Part shown: in pieces, positions 7,105 to 17,752 of the stretch
How the letters are laid out: every line of letters starts with the position of its first letter
Numbering within the stretch: position 1 is the first letter of the stretch
Origin: Patescibacteria group bacterium
GTDB lineage: Bacteria > Patescibacteriota > Patescibacteriia > JAGVFQ01
NCBI GenBank assembly: GCA_020057505.1
Contig: JAGVFQ010000066.1
Coordinates: 1-46,111 of the forward strand
Length of the DNA stretch: 46,111 nt
Reading direction: 5' to 3'
Notes under the pieces: model-generated
Database searches by the model: none
Seen by the model: only the letters and a program-made list of their open reading frames with translations
Told to the model about the DNA's origin: nothing
Program-made: the position numbers and the translations under genes

Positions 7105-8361
7105 TTAATCCACTCTCCGAATCCTCGCTCCCAAACTGCCTAATCTTTCTTCGATTCTCTCATAGCCGCGATCAACTATTTCCGCTTCGTTAATAACCGT
7201 CTGGCCTTGAGCAATCAGTCCAGCGATAATTAAAGTCGCCCCGGCGCGCAAGTCAAAGCTCTTAATTTCCTGGCCATAAAGCGGCGTTGGGCCGGTGATA
7301 ATAACGCGATGCGGGTCGGCCACAATGGCGTTTGCTCCCATTTTTATCAATTCCTGCACATAGCCCAAACGTCCCTCGAACATCGGATCCTGAATCAAAC
7401 TTGTGCCGACGCATTGCGTGGCGAGCACGCCGAAAGGCGCTTGCAGATCAGTCGGAAATCCGGGATAAGGCATCGTCTGCAGGTGAAAGGCCTTGAACGG
7501 AGAAGATTTTTTTATTTTCAGCCAATTATCGCCCAATTCAAAATTAACGCCGGCTCGCTCTAATATTAATAAAATAATTTCTAAATGCTCGGGAATAATA
7601 TTTTCAATTGTCACTTCACCGCGAGTGACGGCCGCGGCCACGGCCAAAGTGCCGGCTTCAATCTGGTCGGGAATAATAGCGTGGCTGCTGCCGCCCAAAC
7701 TCAGGACGCCGTCAATAACCAAAGTATGAGTTCCCGCGCCGCTGATTTTTGCGCCGAGATTATTCAAAAATTTAATCAAATCCTGCACGTGCGGTTCGGC
7801 CGCGGCCAATTTAATAACCGTCCGACCTCGCGCCAACGCTGCCGCCATAATCGCGTTCTCGGTTGCAGTTACGGAAAATTCTGGTAGAATGATAGTAGCG
7901 CCGGACAAATTGTCCGCTTGAAATTTATAATGGCCATTTTCCCGGCTGACTTTGGCCCCCAATTTTTCAAGCGCGTACAAATGGGTGTCTATCGGCCTAT
8001 TGCCGATAATACAACCTCCAGGCTCGGGAATGGAAACACTCTTGAAACGAGCCAAAAGCGGACCAAGCAAAAGAATCGAAGAACGCATGCCCGCCACCGC
8101 TTTTTCATTAATTAATCCCACTTGGATATCCCGCGTGGAAATTGTTACTTGATGTTCTCCCTGCCAAATCACTTTGCCGCCAAGACTTTCAATAATTCCA
8201 AGCATCTTTAGAACATCGGCGATTTGAGGGATATTATCAATTACGCAATCTTCTTTGGTAAGTAAAGTCGCGGCGATAATCGGCGTAGCCGCGTTTTTCA
8301 TTCCGGAAACTTTAATGGTCCCGTTCAAAGGAAACCCGCCTTCTATTATAAATTTCGACAT
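7105..8361 (-). CDS. murA: UDP-N-acetylglucosamine 1-carboxyvinyltransferase
   Basis: SGMKNAA, PGGCIIGNRP (catalytic Cys), PGFPTDLQ, DLRAGA, DRGYE. Confidence 0.97.
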   Translation of the reverse strand: MSKFIIEGGFPLNGTIKVSGMKNAATPIIAATLLTKEDCVIDNIPQIADVLKMLGIIESLGGKVIWQGEHQVTISTRDIQVGLINEKAVAGMRSSILLLGPLLARFKSVSIPEPGGCIIGNRPIDTHLYALEKLGAKVSRENGHYKFQADNLSGATIILPEFSVTATENAIMAAALARGRTVIKLAAAEPHVQDLIKFLNNLGAKISGAGTHTLVIDGVLSLGGSSHAIIPDQIEAGTLAVAAAVTRGEVTIENIIPEHLEIILLILERAGVNFELGDNWLKIKKSSPFKAFHLQTMPYPGFPTDLQAPFGVLATQCVGTSLIQDPMFEGRLGYVQELIKMGANAIVADPHRVIITGPTPLYGQEIKSFDLRAGATLIIAGLIAQGQTVINEAEIVDRGYERIEERLGSLGARIRRVD

Positions 8362-8507
8362 GTGGTATTTTAATTAAAGTTAATTTAATACGCATTTTAT
8401 TTGAATAAATTTGAATCAATATTTGAATATTATCTTATTTTAAAGAAATTTACAAGACGATACGATTATCAACCAATTGCGAACTGTTTATTACTAAACC
8501 CCAAATT

Positions 8508-9917
8508 ATGACTCTTAAAACTCGGCAAATCATTGCATATACCTTTATTATCTCTTTTTTAATTGCCGCACCTATTTTAGTTTTATACGGCAATGGCTAT
8601 CGCTTTGATATCAAAAATTGGAAAATACAAAAAACCGGCATAATATTTTTAACCTCAAATCAGGCGGATGTATCAGTCTATCTGAACGATAAATTATATG
8701 GAGAAAAAATCAATAACAAAAATTTGAGCGTCAAAAATTTTCTACCCGGTGACTATATCGTCCGCGCGGAAAAAGACGGTTATACTGCTTGGCAAAAAAA
8801 ATTAACCGTTGCAAGCGGCAAGGCGGTTTTTACCGACGAGATTTTGCTCATGAAAAAATCGATTCCGTTTAATATTGTTTCCGGCAAAATCCAATGGGTT
8901 AATTTTTCCAATAACCAAAAAATGGCGGTTTATTTTATTAGAAATGCTTCTTCAAACGAAATCTGGCTTTATAATCTGGCAAACAAGCAATCCACACTGC
9001 TCTATAAAATATCTTCAATAAATTCATCAACAGAGGCGGCTATCAGTTGGTCGCATAATGACGCAAAAATATTGCTTAATATAAAAAATGGCAATAAAAA
9101 TAATTATTCGATAATTAATATAAACAAACCTGATCAAATAGTTTCACTCGCCGATTTGAGCCAAAAGTCGTTTAGCAAACTGAAATGGAGCGATGATTCT
9201 GATAATATTATTTATGGAATTCTAGGCAACAAATTGAATAAAATCAGCCTAGAGGACCAAAAACCAAATTTGCTTTTGAATCTTGAAATCGGCCCTAAAG
9301 ACACGCTGGATGATTATTTGATTGACAGCGAAAACGTCTATTATATAAGAACAGACAAAAATAATTCCTTCGTGATTGAGCAAAAATTAAATGATCCGAG
9401 CGGCAACGCCTGGATGATAAAATTACCTAGATCGGAAAATTGCTCTTTTGTTCGAGGCAACAACCAATATTTATCGATTCTTTCAACGAAAGACGAAAAT
9501 CTGTTTTTATTCAAAAAAGATTTCTTCCAAAATATAGCTCTCACTCCGGAAAATAACAATTCGATAATAAAACTTAAGGCCCGCGGCGCCTCTTGGCAGC
9601 CCCAAAGTAATCGATTGCTTTTCTATAATGACTTTGAAATTTGGGTTGATGATTTGGATAACGACGATCAAAAACTCATCGCCAGATATTCAGAGAAAAT
9701 TGGGGAAGTGATTTGGCATCCTGATTACGCTTATATTATCGGGCTCATCGGGCAAGACGTTAAAATTTTTGAAATCAACGGAACCGAGAGAAATATCAAC
9801 AGTTTAATAAATTTGAAAATAATACAAAATCTAAAAATTGATCCGCTAGGAGAAAAATTATATTTTATTTCTGAAATCGGACATCAAGAAGGATTGTACG
9901 CCATGGACGTGAAATAA
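8508..9917 (+). CDS. membrane-anchored PEGA-domain protein with probable beta-propeller
   Basis: N-terminal TM, GYRFD...KTG, LPGDYIVRAEKDGYTAWQK (PEGA), repeated WS/WQP/WHPD blades. Confidence 0.75.
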   Translation: MTLKTRQIIAYTFIISFLIAAPILVLYGNGYRFDIKNWKIQKTGIIFLTSNQADVSVYLNDKLYGEKINNKNLSVKNFLPGDYIVRAEKDGYTAWQKKLTVASGKAVFTDEILLMKKSIPFNIVSGKIQWVNFSNNQKMAVYFIRNASSNEIWLYNLANKQSTLLYKISSINSSTEAAISWSHNDAKILLNIKNGNKNNYSIININKPDQIVSLADLSQKSFSKLKWSDDSDNIIYGILGNKLNKISLEDQKPNLLLNLEIGPKDTLDDYLIDSENVYYIRTDKNNSFVIEQKLNDPSGNAWMIKLPRSENCSFVRGNNQYLSILSTKDENLFLFKKDFFQNIALTPENNNSIIKLKARGASWQPQSNRLLFYNDFEIWVDDLDNDDQKLIARYSEKIGEVIWHPDYAYIIGLIGQDVKIFEINGTERNINSLINLKIIQNLKIDPLGEKLYFISEIGHQEGLYAMDVK

Positions 9918-9966
9918 CCCCGTCCGCCCCGTCCGAAATTCCGGTAAATTTCTCAATGAATTATAA

Positions 9967-9999
9967 AAACCGCCCGTATTTTAGGATTACGGACGGTTT
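9967..9999. terminator. hairpin between convergent genes
   Basis: aaaccgcccgta...tacggacggttt. Confidence 0.6.
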
Positions 10000-10002
10000 G
10001 TG

Positions 10003-10767
10003 TTATATACCTTTATTTCGGGCGAGGTTAATCTTCGCCGCGAGATTGGATGCCTTAAGCAGAGAATCAAAAGTACCGGCATCTGTCCATTCCCCTTTTA
10101 TCATTTTATAAGTCATACTCCCCTGTTTCACGTAAAGATTATTAACATCGGTAATTTCCAATTCACCGCGGTGGGAAGGCTTGAGATTTTTAATTATCTC
10201 AAATACTTGATTGTCATAGCAGTAAAATCCAGTCACGCAATAATTGGATTTTGGCTGTTTTGGTTTTTCTTCAATGCTGATAACCTTACCGTCCCGAAGT
10301 TCAGCTACTCCAAAACGTTCCGGATCCGGCACCTCTTTCAATAATATTTTGGCTCCGCCGACTGTCTTGCCATCGGCATTGAATTTTTGCTGATCAAATT
10401 CTTTTACTGCTTTCGCAATCTGTGAATTATCCTCATAAATATTATCTCCCAAAATAACCGCTATTTTATCCTCATCGGCAAAACTTCTCGCAAGACCTAG
10501 AGCCTCGGCGATTCCGCCGGCTTCTTCCTGAACTTCATAGGAAATCCGCACGCCGAATTCCTTGCCCGAACCCAAGAGATTCAAAAAATGGCCGGCATGG
10601 CCTCGGCCGGAAACAATCATAATGTCTTTAATTCCGGAGGCAACTATAGATTTCAAAGGATAATAAATCATCGGCTCATTGTAAACCGGCAATAAATGTT
10701 TATTCGTCACTTTTGTAAGCGGCATCAGCCGCGAACCCGTTCCTCCCGCGAGAATTATTCCTTTCAT
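10003..10767 (-). CDS. rfbA: glucose-1-phosphate thymidylyltransferase (short, SpsI-like)
   Basis: GIILAGGTGSRL, KHLLPVYNEPMIYYP, EEKP, RGELEITD, WTDAGT. Confidence 0.92.
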   Translation of the reverse strand: MKGIILAGGTGSRLMPLTKVTNKHLLPVYNEPMIYYPLKSIVASGIKDIMIVSGRGHAGHFLNLLGSGKEFGVRISYEVQEEAGGIAEALGLARSFADEDKIAVILGDNIYEDNSQIAKAVKEFDQQKFNADGKTVGGAKILLKEVPDPERFGVAELRDGKVISIEEKPKQPKSNYCVTGFYCYDNQVFEIIKNLKPSHRGELEITDVNNLYVKQGSMTYKMIKGEWTDAGTFDSLLKASNLAAKINLARNKGI

Positions 10768-10793
10768 AAAAATGAATTATAAATTATTATCGG

Positions 10794-10823
10794 GTAGGTC
10801 ACGAGCCCTTGCTCGTGACCGAT
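10794..10823. repeat. GTAG-type REP-like palindrome
   Basis: gta-ggtcacgagc-cctt-gctcgtgacc. Confidence 0.55.
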
Positions 10824-10847
10824 CAGGAGCAAAAATTCTCTTTACCC

Positions 10848-11729
10848 TTAATCTAATTTTAAATACTCTTTTAAGGCCTCCTGCCAACTCCGCATCAACG
10901 GCAGTTTGGTATTAATTAATGGGGAAAATTTCGGCCGCCTGGCCGGACGCGGAAATTTATCACCACCGACTGGAATTAAATTTATTTTAATATTTTTTAT
11001 TTTAAAAATTTCTTTGGCAAATTCGTACCAAGTGCAGGCGCCGCTATTTGTAACATGGTAAATTCCCCAAGGATAATGGCCATCCACAATCTCTCGCGTT
11101 CTTTGGGCTAAATCCGGGGCATAAGTCGGACTGGCATATCCTTCATCAACCGCCTCAATTGTATCCTGTTTCCCGGCCAAATTCAACATAATATCAACAA
11201 AGCTTTTCTTCGCCGCCTCGCTTATTGCCGGCCGGCCAAAAAGCTTGCAGGTCCGCAATAAATAATATTTCTCGCCGAATTTCCTAACATTTTCTTCACC
11301 TAATAATTTGCTCTCGCCATATTTGCTGATCGGGCTTGGCGCATCATCTTCTTTATATCCTTCCTTTTTATCGCCGGCAAAAACATAATCAGTGCTGTAG
11401 TGAACCAAAATAATCTCCAGCTCTTTGGCAATTTTCGCCAAATAACCCGGCGCCTCGCCATTAATTTTCTTAGCAATCGCAAAACCCTCCTCTTCTTCGC
11501 ATTTATCAACCGCGTTATATGCCGCGGCGTTAATAATGATATCAGGTTTTAGATCTTTTATTTTTTGATTAACTTCAACTTCGTTCGCAACATCAATTTC
11601 GCCCCGATCCCATCCGATAATCTCTGCACTTTCCGTCTCTTGCCTCTTATCGCCAAAAACCCTCATCAACTCCTGTCCCAACATTCCTTTTGATCCGATG
11701 ATTAAAATTTTTATACTATTTTTCACCAT
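10848..11729 (-). CDS. rfbD: dTDP-4-dehydrorhamnose reductase
   Basis: GSKGMLG, NAAAYNAVD, YSTDYVF, YGESK, PARRP. Confidence 0.95.
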   Translation of the reverse strand: MVKNSIKILIIGSKGMLGQELMRVFGDKRQETESAEIIGWDRGEIDVANEVEVNQKIKDLKPDIIINAAAYNAVDKCEEEEGFAIAKKINGEAPGYLAKIAKELEIILVHYSTDYVFAGDKKEGYKEDDAPSPISKYGESKLLGEENVRKFGEKYYLLRTCKLFGRPAISEAAKKSFVDIMLNLAGKQDTIEAVDEGYASPTYAPDLAQRTREIVDGHYPWGIYHVTNSGACTWYEFAKEIFKIKNIKINLIPVGGDKFPRPARRPKFSPLINTKLPLMRSWQEALKEYLKLD

Positions 11730-12723
11730 ATTGTTTTTTATAATATTCCAAATATTCTCCTGATTTTATTCTCTGCCACCATTCTTGATTATTTTTATAC
11801 CATTCAACTGTTTTTTTAATCCCATCTTCAAAGCCAATCAATGGCTCCCAGCCAAGCTCTTCTTTAGCTTTTGAAAAATCAATGGCATAGCGGCGATCAT
11901 GGCCGGGGCGGTCTTTCACGTATTCGATCATTTCTTCGCCCTGGCCCAAATAACCCAAAATCAATTTCGTAATTTCCATATTCGTTTTTTCCGAATTGCC
12001 GCCCAGGCAATACGTCTCACCGATCTTTCCCTTTTGTAAAATAAGATCAACACCCCTATTATGATCATCAACGTGAATCCAGTCGCGAATTTGCATGCCA
12101 TCGCCATAGACCGGCACTTTTTTTCCTTCAAGCAAATTAGTCACAAACAAAGGAATTAATTTTTCCGGAAATTGATACGGCCCGTAATTATTGGAACAAT
12201 TGGAAATGGTAATCGGCAAACTAAAAGTATGGAAATAAGCCCGCACCAGATGATCTGAACTCGCCTTGCTCGCCGCGTAAGGGCTCCGCGGGCTATATGG
12301 CGTCTGTTCATTAAACGCCGGATCGTCTGATTTTAAAGCGCCAAAAACTTCATCAGTGGAAATGTGGTGAAAACGTTTTTTACCGTTATTTTTCGCGGCT
12401 TCGAGCAAATTAAAAGTGCCGAGAACATTAGTATCCACAAAAGACTTCGCGTCCATGATTGAACGATCAACGTGCGATTCGGCGGCAAAGTGGACAATCA
12501 CATCCGCTTCTTTTACCAAATCGTTAACCAAATTGGCATCTCCAATATCACCCTTTATAAATTTATAATTAGAATTTTGTTCAACATCTTTTAAATTTTC
12601 CAAATTTCCGGCGTAAGTCAAAAGATCCAGATTAATAATTTTATCTTCCTGATGATTCTTCAACCAATAATGAATAAAATTTGAACCGATAAATCCGGCC
12701 CCGCCGGTGATAAGTAATTTCAT
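11716..12723 (-). CDS. rfbB: dTDP-glucose 4,6-dehydratase
   Basis: TGGAGFIG, AAESHVDRS, STDEV, YAASK, DRPGHDRRY. Confidence 0.97.
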   Translation of the reverse strand: MKLLITGGAGFIGSNFIHYWLKNHQEDKIINLDLLTYAGNLENLKDVEQNSNYKFIKGDIGDANLVNDLVKEADVIVHFAAESHVDRSIMDAKSFVDTNVLGTFNLLEAAKNNGKKRFHHISTDEVFGALKSDDPAFNEQTPYSPRSPYAASKASSDHLVRAYFHTFSLPITISNCSNNYGPYQFPEKLIPLFVTNLLEGKKVPVYGDGMQIRDWIHVDDHNRGVDLILQKGKIGETYCLGGNSEKTNMEITKLILGYLGQGEEMIEYVKDRPGHDRRYAIDFSKAKEELGWEPLIGFEDGIKKTVEWYKNNQEWWQRIKSGEYLEYYKKQYGEK

Positions 12724-12757
12724 AAATTATATTAATTCATAATTCTTAATTCATACT

Positions 12758-13165
12758 TCATAATTCTCCCCTTATCTTCTCCGCCACCTCCGCCATTTCT
12801 CCTTCTCGATAAGGCTTGCCCGGCCAATGCTTTAATCCATCGCCTGCGCGGCGCGGCATGATATGAAAATGCGTATGTAAAATCAATTGCCCGGCCGGCT
12901 TGCCATTATTTACGCCAAGATTAAATCCTTCGGCTCCCGTCGCTTGTAAAATCGCCGACGCGATTTTCTTTACCGCTCGAATCATTTCGTCGAGCACGTC
13001 TTCCGGCGTTTCCACGAGATTAGCATAATGTGTTTTGGGAATTACTAAAGTATGGCCGGGATTCACCGGATTAATATCTAAAAAAGCCAAAATCTTGCCG
13101 TTTTCATAAACTTTGGCGCTCGGTATTTCGCCTTTAATAATTTTACAGAATAAACAATTGTCCAT
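12758..13165 (-). CDS. HIT family nucleotide hydrolase
   Basis: CLFCKI, PGHTLVIPK, HTHFHI histidine triad. Confidence 0.93.
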   Translation of the reverse strand: MDNCLFCKIIKGEIPSAKVYENGKILAFLDINPVNPGHTLVIPKTHYANLVETPEDVLDEMIRAVKKIASAILQATGAEGFNLGVNNGKPAGQLILHTHFHIMPRRAGDGLKHWPGKPYREGEMAEVAEKIRGEL

Positions 13166-13184
13166 ATAATTTTAAATTTAATTA

Positions 13185-13637
13185 TTATTCCATCGCATAC
13201 GGCGAATCCTCCCTCCCTTCCCACCTTATCTCATCCACTTCCTCCTTTTTGCCTTCGCCTCGATATAATTTATCAGGAAAATTAATGGAAAAAGCCGGAA
13301 TATCAGAAACGCATTTATAGCCGTGCACCACGCCCAGCGGTACCAATACCGAAACTGGATTAAATTCGCCAACTCTAATTTTCATGGTCTCACCCTTAGT
13401 CTCGCTATCTTCCCGACGATCCCATAAATACAAATCAAATTCTCCCGGTCCGACAAACACAAAAAAATCGCTTTGAAATTTGTGCTCGTGCGGTCCTCGG
13501 CTAATGCCGGGATTTGTCATAGAAGTATAGAGCATCGCGCCGCGATAGTTTTCTTCATCGGTTCTAAAAACCTCCGCCAGCCATCCACGATTATCTTCAT
13601 TCTTTTTTAATTGTTTAATGATAACATCTTTAATCAT
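13185..13637 (-). CDS. rfbC: dTDP-4-dehydrorhamnose 3,5-epimerase-like cupin
   Basis: DNRGWLAE, RGPHEH, VPLGVVHGY; adjacent to rfbB/D/A. Confidence 0.8.
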   Translation of the reverse strand: MIKDVIIKQLKKNEDNRGWLAEVFRTDEENYRGAMLYTSMTNPGISRGPHEHKFQSDFFVFVGPGEFDLYLWDRREDSETKGETMKIRVGEFNPVSVLVPLGVVHGYKCVSDIPAFSINFPDKLYRGEGKKEEVDEIRWEGREDSPYAME

Positions 13638-13682
13638 AAAAAAATATAAATTTACTTTATACTAATGACCAATGACTATTGA

Positions 13683-14048
13683 CTATTTGCTAATTACCCA
13701 TTGTACCAAAAATATCACTATTCCGCCAACAACGGATGCGACCCAAGAAACCCAATCTCGCCCCTGCCAATACAGCGAAATTATTACCATCCCAAACAAA
13801 GAAACCAAACTGGCTAAAACATAAAACTTCCAATCAACTTTTGTTTGTTCAACTTCCAATCTGTCTCTCAAAATAATCGAGATTAAACCACTTAAAAAAC
13901 AAATAACCAAAAGCACATTCACATTGATATAATTCGTGACAAATCCCCTTTCTAAACTTTCCAAAAGAAAAAATACGACAAACGTAACAAAGGAAATTAT
14001 AAAAATATCTTTTGTAATTTTTAAAATTAATTGTTTAGCGGTAATCAT
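13683..14048 (-). CDS. small 4-TM membrane protein
   Basis: Four hydrophobic segments; ATG at 14048 preferred. Confidence 0.7.
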   Translation of the reverse strand: MITAKQLILKITKDIFIISFVTFVVFFLLESLERGFVTNYINVNVLLVICFLSGLISIILRDRLEVEQTKVDWKFYVLASLVSLFGMVIISLYWQGRDWVSWVASVVGGIVIFLVQWVISK

Positions 14049-14083
14049 ATAAAACAAATTACTTTATACTTGCTAATTGTTAC

Positions 14084-15583
14084 TTATAATTTTTCCTTAA
14101 TCTTCTCCCACAATTTTCCCCACGTCAGCGGCTCTTTCTCTAACACAAACTTTATCCCCTTTATTTTTTTATCCTGACATTCTATATCTGGAATCGACAA
14201 GGCGAAGCGCAAAGTATTTTCTCGCCAATAAAGCCGGCCAAGATCAAAATCCGCCGTGGCTACTTTCCAACCATCAATAGTCTTTGGCGTTTGATAATCC
14301 GCTATCACATAATTAATGCCTAGAACTTCTAATTCCGACTCATCGCGGAAAGTAGTTAACAAGGGGTTGAAAAAACTTTCTTTGGAAAAAGAAAATAAAC
14401 CATCTCCCTCTATTAGAATATCATTTTTAGGCGAATAGAGAGAAACAATATTCCTGGGATTTAAATTGTAATAAGAATATTGCTGATGCGCTTCAGCCAA
14501 TTCAATTTCATAATCGTTCGGCTCTGTTAAATTGTTTATTCGAATTGTTTGCTCTGATGTTTGATGCGCGGCCGAGGTTATTATCTTGTAGCCTTTGGCA
14601 TAAACTGTTGTTGGTTTGGTTCTAATATCACTCAAACTATCTTTATATTCATCATTATCAGCCAAATAAAGTCTTCCCGCGAAAGCCAAGAGATGTTCCT
14701 TGGTTTTTATATTGCGAATAAAAATATCATCACTCGCCTTGATTTCTATTTTATAAGTTCCCTGAGTTAAATTAGAAGGCAATAGCCGAATTTTTCGCTC
14801 CTCGCTTGATTCGCCTGATTCATCAGTAATGCCATCGTCAGGCAAAGTCGTGTTGTAAATTCTTTGATCTTTTTTGTAGACAGCAATCTCGGCCGGATCG
14901 GCACCAACATGGCGATTGATGTCTTCAACAGTGAAAGTAAAATCTAATGGTTCACCGCCGTCAATATAAGTATAGATGGTATGCCGGCCGCGAATAGTAT
15001 TATCAATCTCTAATCCTTTTGTTGGTTTATAATCAGGAATTTTAAAATCATAATCCAACTTATAATTATAAACCGCGATTTTACTTATATCGGGTAAATT
15101 ATTCAAAAATTCATCAATGGTATTAAATTTTTTTTCTCGCTCATAAAGAACGACGTCGTTTTCTTCGACTCGCGGCCAATCCAATTGATCTAAATTTTGA
15201 TTTTCTAACGGCTTCATGGCGTATTCCCAATCATTGGGCGTTGCCTGTCCGCCGATCTGAAACAATGTCGGGCAATCAATAGAATCATTTTTGTAAGTTA
15301 TTTCCGCCGTGCCTTTATCAAACCGTTGAGGCAAATTCAAATCAAAATAAACCGGCTGGTCTAAAATTTTCTGGGAATAATTCCCTTGATCATCTTTCTT
15401 AATTTCGGCCACTCTTTGCCAGGGCAAAAGATCTAAAATAAATGGCGAGCCATGCCCAAAATCTTTTTTAACAATCAATTTGCCGGAAATCACTAATTCT
15501 TTATCAACTAAATAACCCAAAACCATAATCGGGATAAGGATTAAAATTATTCTGATTATTTTATGGATTTTATTCAAAGACAT
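14084..15583 (-). CDS. hypothetical membrane-anchored extracellular protein
   Basis: 499-aa ORF, single N-terminal TM, starts 2 nt after the upstream stop. Confidence 0.75.
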   Translation of the reverse strand: MSLNKIHKIIRIILILIPIMVLGYLVDKELVISGKLIVKKDFGHGSPFILDLLPWQRVAEIKKDDQGNYSQKILDQPVYFDLNLPQRFDKGTAEITYKNDSIDCPTLFQIGGQATPNDWEYAMKPLENQNLDQLDWPRVEENDVVLYEREKKFNTIDEFLNNLPDISKIAVYNYKLDYDFKIPDYKPTKGLEIDNTIRGRHTIYTYIDGGEPLDFTFTVEDINRHVGADPAEIAVYKKDQRIYNTTLPDDGITDESGESSEERKIRLLPSNLTQGTYKIEIKASDDIFIRNIKTKEHLLAFAGRLYLADNDEYKDSLSDIRTKPTTVYAKGYKIITSAAHQTSEQTIRINNLTEPNDYEIELAEAHQQYSYYNLNPRNIVSLYSPKNDILIEGDGLFSFSKESFFNPLLTTFRDESELEVLGINYVIADYQTPKTIDGWKVATADFDLGRLYWRENTLRFALSIPDIECQDKKIKGIKFVLEKEPLTWGKLWEKIKEKL

Positions 15584-15585
15584 AA

Positions 15586-17262
15586 TTATAGCCTCTCAAC
15601 TTTTAATAATTTTTCTTTACCCTCAATCTGGACCTCGTTGGTTAATTTTAGATTATAATTTTTTAGAACTTTTTCATTTAGCTCTTCCACATCGGCGGTA
15701 GTTCTATAAGTATAATAATAAACCGGTGCTTTCTCGAGCAAGGCAGGTAAATTAGTTAACACCATTGAATTATCCAAGTTTACAATAATCCGGCGCTCGG
15801 GAAAAAATATTTTGTCCGAGCGTTCAGTAATAATAATAGAATCCAGCTCGGTCAGGGCTAAAACTTTTTCTGCTTTATTTTGATAATCAATCAAATTTTC
15901 CCTCACCGCAAGCAGGCTTTCTTCGCTTTGAGCCAGAACAGCATATGAAGAAAGAATAATTATCAGCACTCCTGCCGCCAAGCTCAGACTATATCCTAGC
16001 CATTTTTGCTTAAAATAATCAAATATCTTAATTAAAAATAAACCCACAAATGGCAAGGACAAAACAAATATCGGCAGCCAATAGCGAACGTGCGAATTGC
16101 CGATCGTTATCTGGCCCGGAATAATATTGTCGCTAAAATCCCAACTGCCGTAATAGACTATTAAAAATAAAATAATAAATAAATAAAATAATAAATAAAT
16201 AAATTGTTTATTTGCGCCAATATCGGTTTTCGATTTTATTCTTTTATAATTTATTTGGAACCATAAAACCAAACCCACAATCAGAGGAATAACCAAATAC
16301 CAAAATAACTGCAAAAAATACTGAGAAAAATTTCGCCAGGCGCTTCGCGGATGAAAACCAAAAGGCAAAAATATTTTAGCCAAAATATTTGCTCCCTGGC
16401 TATTGCTGGCCTGACTATCTAATTGTTCATAACCGGTATGGAATAATCCGCCGTATAAATTATAATTATAATAAAATATTGGGGAAAAAACCAAAATAAT
16501 ACCAGCAATGAAAACTGCCGCTTCCTGCCATTTGATTCGCCGGTGATAGATTATCAACAAAGCCAATAAAACTGTCCCCACCCAAATAATTTCCGACGTC
16601 CGGACAGCGAGCGCCAAACCAATAAATAGACCAGCCAAAAAATAGCAACACACTTCTTTCCAACTAAAGCTGTTTCTTACATTCGTGTTCAATTCGTGTT
16701 CAATTCGTGCCTTATTCGTGTGTGTTAACCAGTAAAATCCAACTACCAGCAAATCCACAAACAAAACATTGAGAAATAAACCCCGCGCGGCATAATACCA
16801 AAAGGCTGGCAGAAATAAAAGTAAAATAGAAGAAACAAAAGCAATTTTATCATCAAATATTTTTTTTACTAAACCATAAAAGAAAAAAACTGTAACAACG
16901 GAAATTAAAGGTGTCAAAAAAGGAACAACTCCTATACTAAATACTTTAGCAATTGAGCCATAGATCAAAATCAAACCCAAAAAACTACCCGGCACCAAAT
17001 AGCCGTTTGAAACATTAATGCTTCGAGGATGAATTATATTTTGGGCAATGAGATTTAATGGTTCATAATATTTTAATTCGCCCCTTTCCGCGAAGAGCTT
17101 GATAAAAAAATAATTAGCGTTTTCATCGGGAGAATTGAACTTCAACGGAGCGGATAAAATCAAAAAAGAATAAATAAAAAAGAAGAGGACGGCCAAAATG
17201 GACAAAATAGCGATCCTGCGATTGTCTTTAAGCCAATTTTTTGCTAAGGTAAACCATGTCAT
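15586..17262 (-). CDS. GT-C fold (PMT/ArnT-like) glycosyltransferase
   Basis: Multi-TM; acidic SPDE in the loop after TM1, GLALAVR, RYWLP. Confidence 0.75.
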   Translation of the reverse strand: MTWFTLAKNWLKDNRRIAILSILAVLFFFIYSFLILSAPLKFNSPDENANYFFIKLFAERGELKYYEPLNLIAQNIIHPRSINVSNGYLVPGSFLGLILIYGSIAKVFSIGVVPFLTPLISVVTVFFFYGLVKKIFDDKIAFVSSILLLFLPAFWYYAARGLFLNVLFVDLLVVGFYWLTHTNKARIEHELNTNVRNSFSWKEVCCYFLAGLFIGLALAVRTSEIIWVGTVLLALLIIYHRRIKWQEAAVFIAGIILVFSPIFYYNYNLYGGLFHTGYEQLDSQASNSQGANILAKIFLPFGFHPRSAWRNFSQYFLQLFWYLVIPLIVGLVLWFQINYKRIKSKTDIGANKQFIYLLFYLFIILFLIVYYGSWDFSDNIIPGQITIGNSHVRYWLPIFVLSLPFVGLFLIKIFDYFKQKWLGYSLSLAAGVLIIILSSYAVLAQSEESLLAVRENLIDYQNKAEKVLALTELDSIIITERSDKIFFPERRIIVNLDNSMVLTNLPALLEKAPVYYYTYRTTADVEELNEKVLKNYNLKLTNEVQIEGKEKLLKVERL

Positions 17263-17372
17263 AATTTAATCTAATCATATCAAATTTTAGCTAAATTACA
17301 AGTCTTTCTTTATTCTATTTTAGGCTAATCTATGGTAAGATTAATTCATTAATATTAATTTTTTATAAATCT

Positions 17373-17752
17373 ATGAGCATAGAAAAAGAGCCAAAACCTA
17401 GCACCCCCCCATTCAAGATATTATAGAAAAGCTTAATAAAATTTTGACTGAATGGAAAGATGGAATACCGAAAGAAATAAAAAACTCTACGGATAAAGAT
17501 AAAAATTACAAAGCCAGAGACGCTTGGTTTCAGCTTGTGAGTTTCCAACTATATAAATTGACAGAAGCCAATAAGAAAAGGCTAATCGATCTTTCGCCAA
17601 AGATTATTTCAAATATAAAAATTTTTGAAGAAAAATTTGAGAATCAAGAATTTTCATTAAGAGATACAACTGAAGAAGATATAAATTTAGCCAACAAAAT
17701 AATAGATGAAATATTAGCAGAATTAGAACAAATTTCTAATAAACCAAAATGA
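17373..17752 (+). pseudogene. hypothetical protein frameshifted in a C7 tract
   Basis: ATG 17373 frame stops at 17424..17426; one more C at 17404..17410 joins it to ORF 17444..17752. Confidence 0.55.
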
